Positions 1 through 13,500 of a DNA stretch of 64,000 nt are shown here, in pieces. The stretch is from the human T2T-CHM13v2.0 reference genome, Homo sapiens, in assembly GCF_009914755.1 (NCBI RefSeq), contig NC_060927.1; one strand, 5' to 3'. Below the pieces are notes generated by a model. The model searched no databases. It had not been told where the DNA came from and worked only from the letters and a program-made list of their open reading frames with translations. Numbering within the stretch: position 1 is the stretch's first letter; each line of letters begins with the position of its first letter. Both the position numbers and the translations under genes were made by a program.

Positions 1-290
1 TAACTCATTTTGTATCTAACTGGAAATGTTTCTAATGTTATTATGAAATTTACTTTAGGTTCTTGGTACAGGGCCTCTTTCTAGTATGGGAATTTTCTGT
101 TGGCTTTTAATCAATCAGGAATAGCTGTTCAATTTTATCAAAAATTTTTTTTTCTGCACTAATTTTGGTTCCTATTGAGATTACCTTAGTTTAACTTATT
201 TTTTTTTTGGTTAATGTAGTGAATTACATGAATGAAATTTCTGCTCATGCCATTTTGTACTCCTCTTACTGGCTTACCAGTTTTAATCTT
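1..290 (-). mobile_element. Old L1M ORF2 fragment, truncated by window start
   Basis: Degraded antisense L1 RT-region phrases (aattttatcaaaaa..ttctgca..ctattgaga; ttaatgtagtgaattacat). Confidence 0.55.
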
Positions 291-934
291 TTAAAATGGT
301 ACTTGTTTGCATGCCTGCCACCCTCCTCATCCCCCCAAAAAAACCCTGAAAGTTCCTTGAAAACCATGTAACTTTCATGTTGTGGATTCTCAATTAATGT
401 TGATTGATACATCTTTATAAAAATTTACATTTATTATGTCAGCTGAGTAATACTGCAGCCATGCAGTTAGATATTATTCTTAAGTTTTAAATATTATAAA
501 CTGAAGTTTGGCTTTGAGGACTCAAACCAGGTTAGAGCGAGGGCTAGGTCCAGAGCTAGGTCTCAAATTTAAGTTCTGTTACTTAAGGGCAAATGCTCTT
601 TTTGCTGATTCATGGATAAAAATGTTCTTAGATCTGTGGCATTCATCATCAGAGGCAGTGTTCACATTTTCCACATTTGTTGGAGACCCTGGGCAGCTCC
701 GAAATGGTGTTCTCACTACCTGAATGGTAGTGAATGATGCTTCCTAACTGAAGGGGAAAGGATTGATCTGGTGATCGTTTTCATATTAGGCCCCATTATT
801 GACCAATACTCAACCAGCCCGATTCAAGTGCTGTTATAAATACATACAGCAAAATGAGTTTCATTAAAAGACTCTTGATGCTCCTTACAGGGGCCTGATA
901 CTGAATCCCAGGCAATTATCAAAACTTGACTTCT

Positions 935-1075
935 TTTAGAATCACAGAAGGTCAAAGTTGGCAGGGCCCTTAGAGCTAATCCGTGCCACCATCCTTGAGC
1001 CCTCCTCACCCCCCACTTTTAATAGATGGGTAAAATGAGATTCAGGGGAAAAAATGACTTTCGCAAGTCATGTTA
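935..1075 (-). mobile_element. MIR SINE fragment
   Basis: cccacttttaatagatgggtaaaatgagattcagggg..tgactttcgcaagtca resembles the antisense MIR core. Confidence 0.6.
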
Positions 1076-2674
1076 TGCATTACCAAATATCTCAGGAGGT
1101 CTAGAACTACCTTATTTTAATATGGTTTAATTATTTGTTTGCTCTCACAGACAAAAGAAAGGGTTAGCTGTGTAATCTTTGCTCCTTACTCTGAGATAGC
1201 AGGGCACTTAAGTGGATGTTGGGCAAAAATCAGATCCATTTTAAAACAAATTTGGAAATGAAAATGGTGGCAGTGGTAACTGTCAATTGCATGGGCTTCA
1301 GGGGAAGTTTTGTAGACCTAGATACTTTCCCAGCTCCTACCAGGGAGGCGATGATCATAGAGATTGAATCCCAAGTGGAGTCCTGGTCTTTTTCTTAGTG
1401 AAACCAGATCTGATATGCTGTTGATTTTGGATTCACAGCCTTTTGTCACCATGTAAATAATAATTCCTTAAATTAAAAAATCTTCTTTTATTGTCCCAAC
1501 ATGTGATAAAACAATAAGTATCAATTGGACTGTACTTCATAGCGGACACGTTTCATCACAGCACCAGCATTATTGTATTATCCTCACTGTCAAGACGGAA
1601 AGCAAAACCAAGTCTAGGGAACACTTTGGTTCCCCAAGTAGAGTACTGGAAAGCAATTTTTTTTAAAAGGTGGTTAAAATGACTTGCCACAAGCCTATTT
1701 AGTTTCACTAGACACACTGCAAAGATATTTAGTTAGATGTAGTCTCTGTTCTCTGAAACTTTAGTTTTGCAATATATCCAGAAGATTGTCATATTGCCAT
1801 AAGAAGTAACAGGAAATAATATATTTTAACAAACTCAAACATTATGTTAATAAACATACATATAAATAAATAAGGCTTTTAAAAATGGTGAGGTATAGGG
1901 TGTTTTGGGTGTGTGTGTGGTGGAATAGGTTATGAAACATCACAAATTTTGATGTGAAATAATAAGTAGAATATATTCCCTCCAGAAAACCTCACCACCC
2001 TCCTCTCACTCTGATCTTTTTTTTTTTTTTTTGCATTTTCAGGACCCCCAATTCAGTTGATGGTATTGTTGCTTATTCATGTTGATATGTTATTTTGTAA
2101 CCATTTTCAAGTTGTTTCATACTTGATCTTCCTAACAAGACTTACTGTAAGATCCTGAAAAATATGACCAGATTTGTAATTTTATCCAGAATCTCTGCAG
2201 CTAGAAGGTGTTCAGTTAATGCACATGTTTGAATATGGTAATGTGGATTAACATGTAGGAGACACAGAGACAATCCAACAAAAACATTAATCAGATCCAA
2301 AATGTACATCTCTGCTTCAAACACCAGACAACAATAAAGGCATTTTAAAAGGCTCCAGCAAATGGGAGGCTCAGAGAAGGGCTTATGCTGCAGTGGTGGG
2401 GCAGGAGAGCAAATGATTTTCCCCTAATTGAGCTTCTAAGAAGACTTTGTTCCCTGTAACTTTTCTATATATTCATCTCCCTGTAGTTTAAAACAACATA
2501 AGACAAACAAGAATAAGGGTCTTCAACTCATATACCTCCCCATGAGATTTCCTTGGTTGCCTGAAGAAGTCTCCAGAAAATACCTGTTAGAGGTAACACA
2601 GGCAGGAAATGCCTAGCAAACAAAATGCTGCCACCTTCTGGTAAAATAGTACAGAATATTTTCTCCCCCTGTCA

Positions 2675-2679
<5 letters not shown>

Positions 2680-2709
<30 letters not shown>
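2680..2709. repeat. (CA)n microsatellite
   Basis: Direct: ~15 AC units. Confidence 0.97.
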
Positions 2710-2711
<2 letters not shown>

Positions 2712-2721
2712 ATTATCCTAG

Positions 2722-2912
2722 TAACAATAACATTTATATCATGCTTTATAGCTAGCAAACACTTACATGTGCATGATCTCATTTAATGCTCACAAAATCC
2801 TTATGAGGTAGCTTTTATTACCCACATTTGACAGAAAAAGCAACTGAGGTTCTCAGAGAGTATGTCACTTCCAGAAGGTCACACAGTGATTGGCAGATGC
2901 ATACTTAAACCT
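2722..2912 (-). mobile_element. MIR SINE
   Basis: atctcatttaatgctcacaa..tatgaggtag..cccacatttgacag..aactgagg..aaggtcacacag. Confidence 0.8.
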
Positions 2913-3229
2913 TAACACAAGTGAACCTGCATTATGCTTTAACACAAATGAAGAGTGAACCATTATTTCATGCATTGACAAATACTAAACACATCGGCCA
3001 TGCACTCAGCAGCAATGTGTGGAGTCTTTTGTCTGATCACATCATATCACAGCTTTGTATTACAGTATGTGACTAACACATCTTTCTTTCTGGCTCTGCA
3101 GAGTGCAACAGTGTCCCTGTGAACTGAATTTTAGGAGATGGGGATAGAGTGGGGATAGAGCAAACCCTTCTCTGTCACCCTTGAACCAGGCAAGATACAC
3201 ATTCTACTCTTTTACCCTTAACATTTTCT

Positions 3230-3665
3230 CAGTAATCTTAAAATGCAAATTGGTGTCCTTTTAATAATTCAAAATCCATAGTACTGGCTCCCATGCCCAG
3301 CTTCATATCCCATGGCATGCCCCATGCACCCTATCTCATGCATGAACCCTGGTCATTCTTTTTCAGATGTTAGGTACTTTTAGCAGCTTTTCCATTTGAC
3401 TCTGCTTAGCAATATCCTATTCATCCTTCAATACTACCTCCTCTATTAATGCTTCCCTGATCTCTTTAATGCATATTCAGTGCCTTCCCAGCCACCAGTG
3501 AGGCTTAGTTCCTTCAGTTTTTATGATAGCTTATTGTTTTCCTTTCTATGAGTCTGTCTCACTAGTGTGTCCACCTAGAAGGTAGAGAACGATCCTCATT
3601 AATTTCTATAACCCCCAACAAAACTCTGTATAAGTGTTCAGTAAATATTTGACTGTTATTGAATT
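3230..3665 (+). mobile_element. L2 LINE 3' fragment
   Basis: L2 3'-end phrases (tcctattcatccttcaa; tgtctcactag..gaaggtagag; tgttcagtaaatatttg). Confidence 0.55.
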
Positions 3666-4074
3666 GTCATAGAAAAGCCTGTAAGCACCACCTGATTGTA
3701 AGAGCTAGGGTAAATTTTACTAAAATGAGGAGCATAAGGGAGCTGTGTGATAGTCATTGCTTATAAAATCAAGGAGAGACTAGCAAAGGTAGGAATCCCA
3801 CCTCCATTCTCACATTTATTCTTCTCTGTGCAGGACCAATAATTTTTAGAAAGATGTTTCTAAATTTCCTTCCTTCCCCATCCTTAGCTGTGCACCAAAT
3901 TGTCAAATTCCTGCCAAGAGAAAGCATTCCTGTTAGAGTCCCCTGTTGGATTGACAGTATTTGCAATCAGAATATTGATCTCCAAGAAGGCTTTTCTGGT
4001 CCTGTGCCTATACAATATTGGCTGCAGGATAATACTCATGTACATATTCTAGTGGAATTCTAGCTTTGTTATGA

Positions 4075-4401
<327 letters not shown>

Positions 4402-4684
4402 TGAAGTAATTTTTAACCCAGAAAAGTTGCAGAAATAGTATGAAGAATTCCCATAATTTATTCCCATTAATTTATACTATGGTCTTTTTGGAGGGCATTT
4501 TGCATCTAAAAAATGATTTACCAACATACAAGGATATTAAAAGCATTATTCATGATAGCAAAAATTGGGAATGACCTAAATATTTCAAAAAAGAGGATTA
4601 GCTACATAATTATATCAAAATGATGAATTTTCAGTCATTAAAAATAAAATTATTTAAAAATATTTACAGGGAAATGCTCAATAT

Positions 4685-5374
<690 letters not shown>

Positions 5375-5639
5375 CTCAAGACACTTAAGTGAAAAAATGT
5401 ATGTCATAAGCCATGTTTATAATGTGACTTTGATTTTTCAAACACATACACATGTATACAGAAGACAAATAGTGTGGAAGTTTACATGTCAAAATTTTAA
5501 CAGTTGATATTTCTAAATTGTGAGATTATGAGTCACATTAATTTACTTTCTACTGTATTGCATTTTCCAATTTTCCATAATAAACTACCATTACTCCTTT
5601 AGTTAGAAAAGAATAGATTATAAGTAGCACAAAATACTT

Positions 5640-5840
5640 TTTAAAAAGCTTAAAGTTTTTTCAAATATATTAACATATTTGATCTCTGTAACAATGCTAT
5701 GAGGCAAGAATGGGAACAATGTTTTTGAATTCATACATAACAAAATTGAGGCTCAGAAGAGTTAAGTCATGTGGCCAAGTAGCCTAATAATCAGAATAGG
5801 TCTTCTGAGTATTAATCCAATCTCTCCATTATACCACAAT
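5640..5840 (-). mobile_element. MIR SINE
   Basis: aaattgaggctcagaagagttaagtcatgtggccaag..tctctccattataccac. Confidence 0.7.
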
Positions 5841-5861
5841 TCTTTAAAATACCTTCCTTCA

Positions 5862-6167
5862 GCCTGGGTGTGGTAGCTCACACCTGTAATCCCAGCACTT
5901 TGGGAGGCCAAGGTTGGATAATCACTTGAGTGCAGAAGTTTGAGACCAACCTGGGTAACATGGCAAAACGCTGTCTGTACAAAAAATAAAAAAAATTAGC
6001 CAGGCATGGTGGTGTAAACCTGTAGTCCCAGTTACTTAGGAGGCTAAAGTGGGAGGATCACTTGAGCCTGGGTGGTTGAGGCTGCAGTAAGCCATGATCT
6101 TACCACTGCACTCCAGCCTGGGCAACAGAGTGAGACCCTGTCTCAAAAATAAATAAAACAATAAATA
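5862..6167 (+). mobile_element. AluJ
   Basis: gggaggatcacttgagcctggg..gaggctgcagtaagccatgatc; imperfect TSD taaaataccttcctt / taaaatatcttcctt. Confidence 0.93.
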
Positions 6168-6289
6168 TTAAAATATCTTCCTTTAATAAACAAAGAAAAA
6201 TCTAACAATGCTCTTTATTCCCAACAATTTATTAATGACACATATGAAAGTAGAAGAAATAATAACAATAACAGCAGTAATATGTTTCA

Positions 6290-6428
6290 TGGAGATCGTT
6301 TAAGCTTAGTCTTAAATTGAAATATTTGGGATAAAATATATATAAATATATAGTGACTTGGAGATCATTTAAGCTTAGTCTTAAATTGAAAGATTTGGGA
6401 TAAAAATATATATAAATATACAGTGACT
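6290..6428. repeat. Tandem duplication, two ~69-70 bp units
   Basis: tggagatc..agtgact at 6290-6358 and 6359-6428, with a few substitutions and one indel. Confidence 0.95.
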
Positions 6429-6905
6429 GGGTATATACCCAAAGGAATGTAGGTCATGCCATCATAAAGACACATGCACATGTATGTTCTTGCAGCACTA
6501 TTCACTACAGCAAACACATGGAATCAACCTAAATGTCCATGAGTGGTAGACTGGATAAAGAAAATGCAGTACGTATACACCATGGAATACTATGCAGCCA
6601 TACAACGGAGGCCATTATCCTTAGCAAACTAATGCAGGAACAGAAAATTAAATATTTCACATTCTCACTTATAAGCAGGAGCTAAATGATGAGAACACAT
6701 GGACACATAGAGAGGAACAGCAGGCACAGGGGCCTACCTGAGGGTGGAGGGTAGGAGGAAGGAGAGGATCAGGAAAAATAACTAATGAGTATTAGGCTTA
6801 ACACCTGGGTGACAAAATAATCTGTACAACAAATCCCTGTGACATAAGTTTACATAAATAACAAACCTGCACATGTACTCCTGAACTTAAAAGTTAAAAA
6901 AAGAA
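6426..6905 (+). mobile_element. 5'-truncated L1PA (about L1PA13-16) 3' end
   Basis: actgggtatatacccaaagg..aggaaaaataactaatg..aacaaacctgcacatgtac..aacttaaaagttaaaaaa. Confidence 0.9.
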
Positions 6906-8222
6906 ATGTAAGTTTCATACAAAAAAAATGAATAAGTAGCAACCTGGGATGAAAATTGTCACTGAGTTTTTTACTCCACAGCACGTTCTTATTGTTGTCC
7001 ATCTATGAAGATGAAGCATGGAGACTCCTTTACGAGACTCTACTGGGTATTTCAATAGGTATTCCTACCTGTGAGAATGCATGCATGGACCACTCCTCTA
7101 GGCAGAGGCTCCTCATCTGGAGGAGTGAAAGGAGAATTAGGGAGACAAGAAATTATTACAAGAGTTCCAGAGATCTTGAAGTATAAATATTTTTTCATTC
7201 CAGGCATGTAAAAAATATGGCCACAGTTATGTATGTGTGTGTTGTGGGATGTGGCATGGTTCTGCATATATGAGGTGTTCTTTTGTTGAAGAAGTTGGGG
7301 ATTATTGCTATAGATCAATAATATTAAAAATCCCATTTATAATATATTATTTTCCACTCTCCCTTCCTGTAATAAAACCAACCATCCCAACAATCACAAT
7401 ATAAATGGATGTTTTCTGAGACGAATTCAGTTTTCTAGTTGTGAGTGAGTTGAACTCAACCAGCTTCTACCTGCAAGATATGTTGCAACTGCTTTGGACC
7501 TCACTCTGGGGAAGCGAAGATGGGGTAGAATAAAGAACTCTCTAGAAAAGTAGCCAGAGAGACTGTTCTTCAAGAAGCAACATCTGTTCAGCACCTATCA
7601 CAGACCCTGGATTATATGTGGTGAAACTGTTTTTTGCCTGTGGTTTGTGGATGGAGCTTTGGGGCCAGTCATCAATATCTATTTCAGCGGTCAGAGCCTC
7701 TTTGCTCTGTGCTAACTAAACTTCATCCAGGTTTTTGTGGTACTCTTGTGATTTGTGAAATGACAGACACCTGGACTAAAAGGAATGACAAAATATATTT
7801 CAAGACTTTCAAAAGGGTTCCATAGTTTGATGCCAATTGTCTTGAGGCAAGCGGCTGGGCATTCCCTTCCAAGGAGGATCGTGAACAGCTGTCAGGCCTA
7901 ATCTGGGTGAGAGATGAAAGGGGTGACCTGCGGGTTAAAGTCTCCACTGCCTGCTGCAAATCCCCCGAGTTATCTAATCTGTCCAGCGGCACAAGCTTTC
8001 TGCAAAGAAAGCATTATTTTACAGCTGACTCTTTAACAAAGGGGAAATAACAACTGTTAGAAAATGTAGTAAGTAGTTGTCCTAAGATAATGCTGCTTGA
8101 ATAAATTCTATAGAGTTTTTTTAATTAAAAAATCTTCAAAAGGACAGATAAATATCAGAAAGCCCACATGGACTGTGTACACGAGGCATTGCATTGCATT
8201 ATGGAATATTGTCTAGGTTCTT

Positions 8223-8606
<384 letters not shown>

Positions 8607-8675
8607 ACACCATCAGCCTAAAGTCCTGTACATGGGCTAATTGCCTCTAACCCAAAGTCTGCTTGGGATGATTGG

Positions 8676-9212
8676 TGTGATGGTTAATATTGAATGTCAA
8701 CTTGATTGGACTGAAGGATGCAAAATATTGTTCCTGGGTGTATCTGTGCGGGTGTTGACACATTTGAATCAGTGGACTGGGAGAGGCAGACCCACCCTCA
8801 ATCTGGGTGGGCACCATCTAATCAGCTGCCAGTGTGGCTAGAATAAAGCAGGCAGAAAATTTGGAAGGACTAGACTTGCTGAGTCTTCCAGCCTTCATCT
8901 TTCTCCCATGCTGGATGCTTCCTTCCTTGAACATCAGACTCCAGGTTCTTCAGCTTTTGGACTCTTGGACTTAACACCAGTGATTTTCCAGAGGCTCTCA
9001 GGCCTTTGGCCACAGACCGAAGGCTACACTTTTGGCTTCCCTACTTTTGAGGTTTTGGGACTTGGACTGGCTTCCTTGCTCCTCAGCTTGCAGATGGCCT
9101 ATTGTGGAACTTCACTTTGTGATTGTGTGAGTCAGTACTCCTTAATAAACTCCCCTTTATATATACATTTATCTTATTAATTCTGTCCCTCTGGAGAACC
9201 CTGACTAATACA
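8676..9212 (+). mobile_element. MLT2A (HERV-L) solo LTR, MLT2A2-like length
   Basis: TG..CA termini (tgtgatggttaatattg..gaaccctgactaataca); perfect 5-bp TSD attgg at 8671-8675 and 9213-9217. Confidence 0.92.
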
Positions 9213-9961
9213 ATTGGTGTCTCTGCAATATTTGTGCAAATTTGAGTAAGTCTTTCTCTGGGCTGCAGTATTGTCATTTGTAAAACAAAACAAAACAAAT
9301 AGCCAGAAAGAAAAGAGAGGATTTGGATTAGATGGCACATCCTTGGCATACCATCATTCTTCATTCTTGCTCCCATAACCATCATAATTAATTGATTATG
9401 GCACTTTCCACCAACCTCATGCAGCCTCAGAATTCCCAACAGCAATTGTTCTGAATTAGCATGTGAGAGGAAATACATTTGCTCTGCTTACAATTGAGTG
9501 ATGCCTGTGGTCCTCTTCATCAGGAGTCTCAGAAGGCTGAGTGGCATAGCTCATGGTGGTACCTCTGGCACAGCACAGTACAACTAGTATCAATAGGATG
9601 GAGTGACAACAGCTACAGCAAGATTTTTTGGGAGAAAATATTGAGTTTCAGAGATGACATGTGTTACTCATAAGAAGAGGCATGCACATCAGATCCAGAA
9701 CATGAGCAGAAAGAGAAAGCTACTACAATGGAGAGAGAATGTTTATCGGTGTACATCCCCAGTGAACTCCCAAAATTCTGGGGAAATGGGAATTTGAAGA
9801 GTCTGCAATAGCAGGAAAGGGTAGAGTTGGTGGATTTTTTTTTTTACTTTGTTAGTTTTTTCCTTCCCCCTTTCTAAATCTAGGCTGATACAGTCTGATA
9901 AAAAGATTACATTTATATGACTAGTTGTATAATTACTAACATAAGAATCACAGCAAACAAA

Positions 9962-10122
9962 TTTTTTTTAAACAAAATCTTGGTATGTTGCCCACGTTGG
10001 AGTGCAGTGAACATTCTCATTTACAGGTGGGATCATAGCCACGAATTTTTGGGTTCAAGTGATTCTCCTGCCTCAGACTCTTGAGTAGTTGGGACTAGTG
10101 GCACATACCACCATGCCTGACT
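9962..10122 (-). mobile_element. FAM (fossil Alu monomer)
   Basis: Monomer retaining the 7SL-like segment gcagtg..acaggtgggatcatagc that dimeric Alus lack. Confidence 0.7.
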
Positions 10123-10276
10123 TGCAGAATACATTTCTTAAATAGAATTTTAAGATTTGGAGAAGACCCTAGAGATCATCTAGTCTATCAGTTCCCAAAT
10201 ACTTCAACTTGGACCAGATCCATGCTGGCTTCATAAGATAACTCTAGAGCTTGTTAATAATCTGATTCCTGAATGA

Positions 10277-10793
<517 letters not shown>

Positions 10794-10904
10794 TGGCATA
10801 GTTTTAACAAGGTCACTAGGTAATGGCAATGACCATCAAGGTTTGAAAATTAATGATCTAGTCATACTTCATCATTTAAAAAATGTATGCTCAGGCAGAA
10901 TAAC

Positions 10905-11030
10905 ACTTCTTCATTTTTAAGATGAGAAAACCAAAGTAAAATTAGAAAAAATGAGTTGCCCAATATCACACAGCAACTCAGGTACAAATTTGGAAATGGA
11001 ATCTAGGTTGTCTGACTGCCAGTCCCATGC
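10905..11030 (-). mobile_element. MIR fragment
   Basis: catttttaagatgagaaaacc..ttgcccaatatcacacagc..gaatctaggttgtctgactgccag. Confidence 0.75.
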
Positions 11031-11419
11031 CAAGGGGCAGGCTAATTCTTCTGGGGTTTCTTGAAACAAATGGCCAGTCATGTCAGTGTGCCCAGTATTT
11101 TAATAAAGCCAGTAATGCTGATATGGAACAGGCTCCCTTAGAAGGTAGTGAGATGGTCAAGTGTAGGACAAATGCTACCTAGAAGGACACCTGTAGATAA
11201 ATGCATCAGATGGGTAGGTAGAATTTACCTTCCAGTTTTATATAAAGCTATTCTCTGCCAACTCATTTGTTAGAAGGCTGTGAGGAATTGAGGCCGTTTT
11301 TTTAAACACAAAAGCTTAATTTCTAATTATGAAAGGGAAACTGGGACAAGGACAGATGACCTATGGCAGTGATTTGAGCCTCTGGAAAACTGTCGCTCTT
11401 TAGTCTAATTCCTCACCAC

Positions 11420-12001
<582 letters not shown>

Positions 12002-12081
12002 TTGTGTTCACTTTTAATGGCAACATATTTTCAAATTCCTTCGCAAATGCTGTTTACCTTAAAAGGTCCACCTCATATTAC

Positions 12082-12290
12082 TTATTCATTAAGAAATACT
12101 TAATGTTCACTAACTACATGCTATGCACTGGAGATTCTTAGGAGAATAGTTCAGATATGATCTGTACCTTACAATCTGGCAGAATAGCATGGCATTAAAT
12201 AGCTAATTACCGAAGATGTAAGGAGTGTTTCAAAAAGAGAGTAGGTGCCATAGACACATGTAATAGGGAGACATGCCTTATTACATGAGT
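12082..12290 (-). mobile_element. L2 3' end
   Basis: ttattcattaagaaatacttaatg..ctacatgctatgcactggagat. Confidence 0.55.
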
Positions 12291-12295
12291 TTTTC

Positions 12296-12527
12296 TCCTC
12301 AGGGCAACTGTGACCTTACCACTTCCAAAATCTTTTCTGTTCTTGCTGTCTATATATTTTTGTATATAGATACACACTTACTTGTTATTTTGCTGTTTCC
12401 TTTGTGTTTATTTTGCATCCCCAGTTAGATCGAAACCTCTTATAGGACAGTATCATATTTTAAACACTTTTTATAGCCCAGTTAATTACTAATGTAGCCT
12501 AAACAGGCACAAAAAATGCTTATTAAA
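12296..12527 (+). mobile_element. L2-like 3' fragment; its first ~167 bp is the donor of the Alu insertion
   Basis: tccccagttagatcgaaacctct..ggacag..aggcacaaaaaatgcttatt resembles the L2 3' end. Confidence 0.5.
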
Positions 12528-12529
12528 GA

Positions 12530-12755
12530 CAGCATTTCATTGTGCATGACAACTTTAAGGTGCTTTTACTTCCGTTGTTTTATTTGATCCTCCTGTTAAT
12601 CTTATGAATTAGGTATTATGATCCCTGACTTACAGATAAGAAAACTGAAGCTCTGAGAATTTGAGCAACTTGTCTAAGACCAAACAACTGATAATTTATG
12701 GAGTCTGAACAAAAACCCAGAGAGTTTCATTCTTATTTAAAACTTTTTCCAGCGT
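12530..12755 (-). mobile_element. MIR SINE
   Basis: ttatttgatcctc..taggtattatgatccc..ttacagataagaaaactgaagctc..aacttgtctaagacca. Confidence 0.8.
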
Positions 12756-13029
12756 AATGTGAATGAATAACAATCACGTGTAACAAACGGATGAATAAAT
12801 GAATGATTCTCTTAACATTTCTCACCATTCCTCTTCCTCTTTCCATTTGTTTTTCTGCCTTACTTCTGTGCTCATCCATCTGCTTTATATTCTTTCTTTG
12901 TCTCTAACCATGCCTCCAGCTTGTTAGTGACAACTCTTCTCACTTCTGGGCTATGATCAGTTGTTTTGTAAGAGGTTCAGTAGCAAAGACGCAGTTGACC
13001 CCATCCAGTTGGCATTCTGTAGGCAGTTG

Positions 13030-13500
13030 TCTTAAGAAAGGTTTCCCAGAAAAAGACCCTGAAAGGAGGATGTGTGTGTGTGAGTTATTAAGAAAGTGCT
13101 TCCAGGAGAATCCAGTAAGGTGGTGAGGGAAACAGGACACGGAACGCAAAGAAGCCCAGAAATTTCTGCCAAAGCCCTAACTTCAGTTTGATTCCGCAGG
13201 GTATGCTGGAATGTGAAATACACACCAGCTTATCCCCACTGAGGCAAGGGAGCTGGGCTTTCATACTTCTTCACTAGTCTGTCATTGGCTAAAGACAACC
13301 CCAAGAGGATATAAATTCCAGATATTCAGCTTTCTGCACAAACAAAGCTCTTCTGAAGAGAGTCATGGTTGTGAGCCTTTAAAGCCAAAAGCCCATTGGA
13401 ATTGGAGGAAGAGTATGCTGAAATAGTAAAAAACAAAACAAAACAAAAACAAACAAAAAATCCAAGGGGAATCTGGCCAGAGCACCAACAATATCTGCTA
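13030..13500 (-). mobile_element. ERVL solo LTR, LTR33-like
   Basis: ggtttcccagaaaaagaccctga..gtcattggct..gcaccaacaatatctgcta. Confidence 0.6.
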
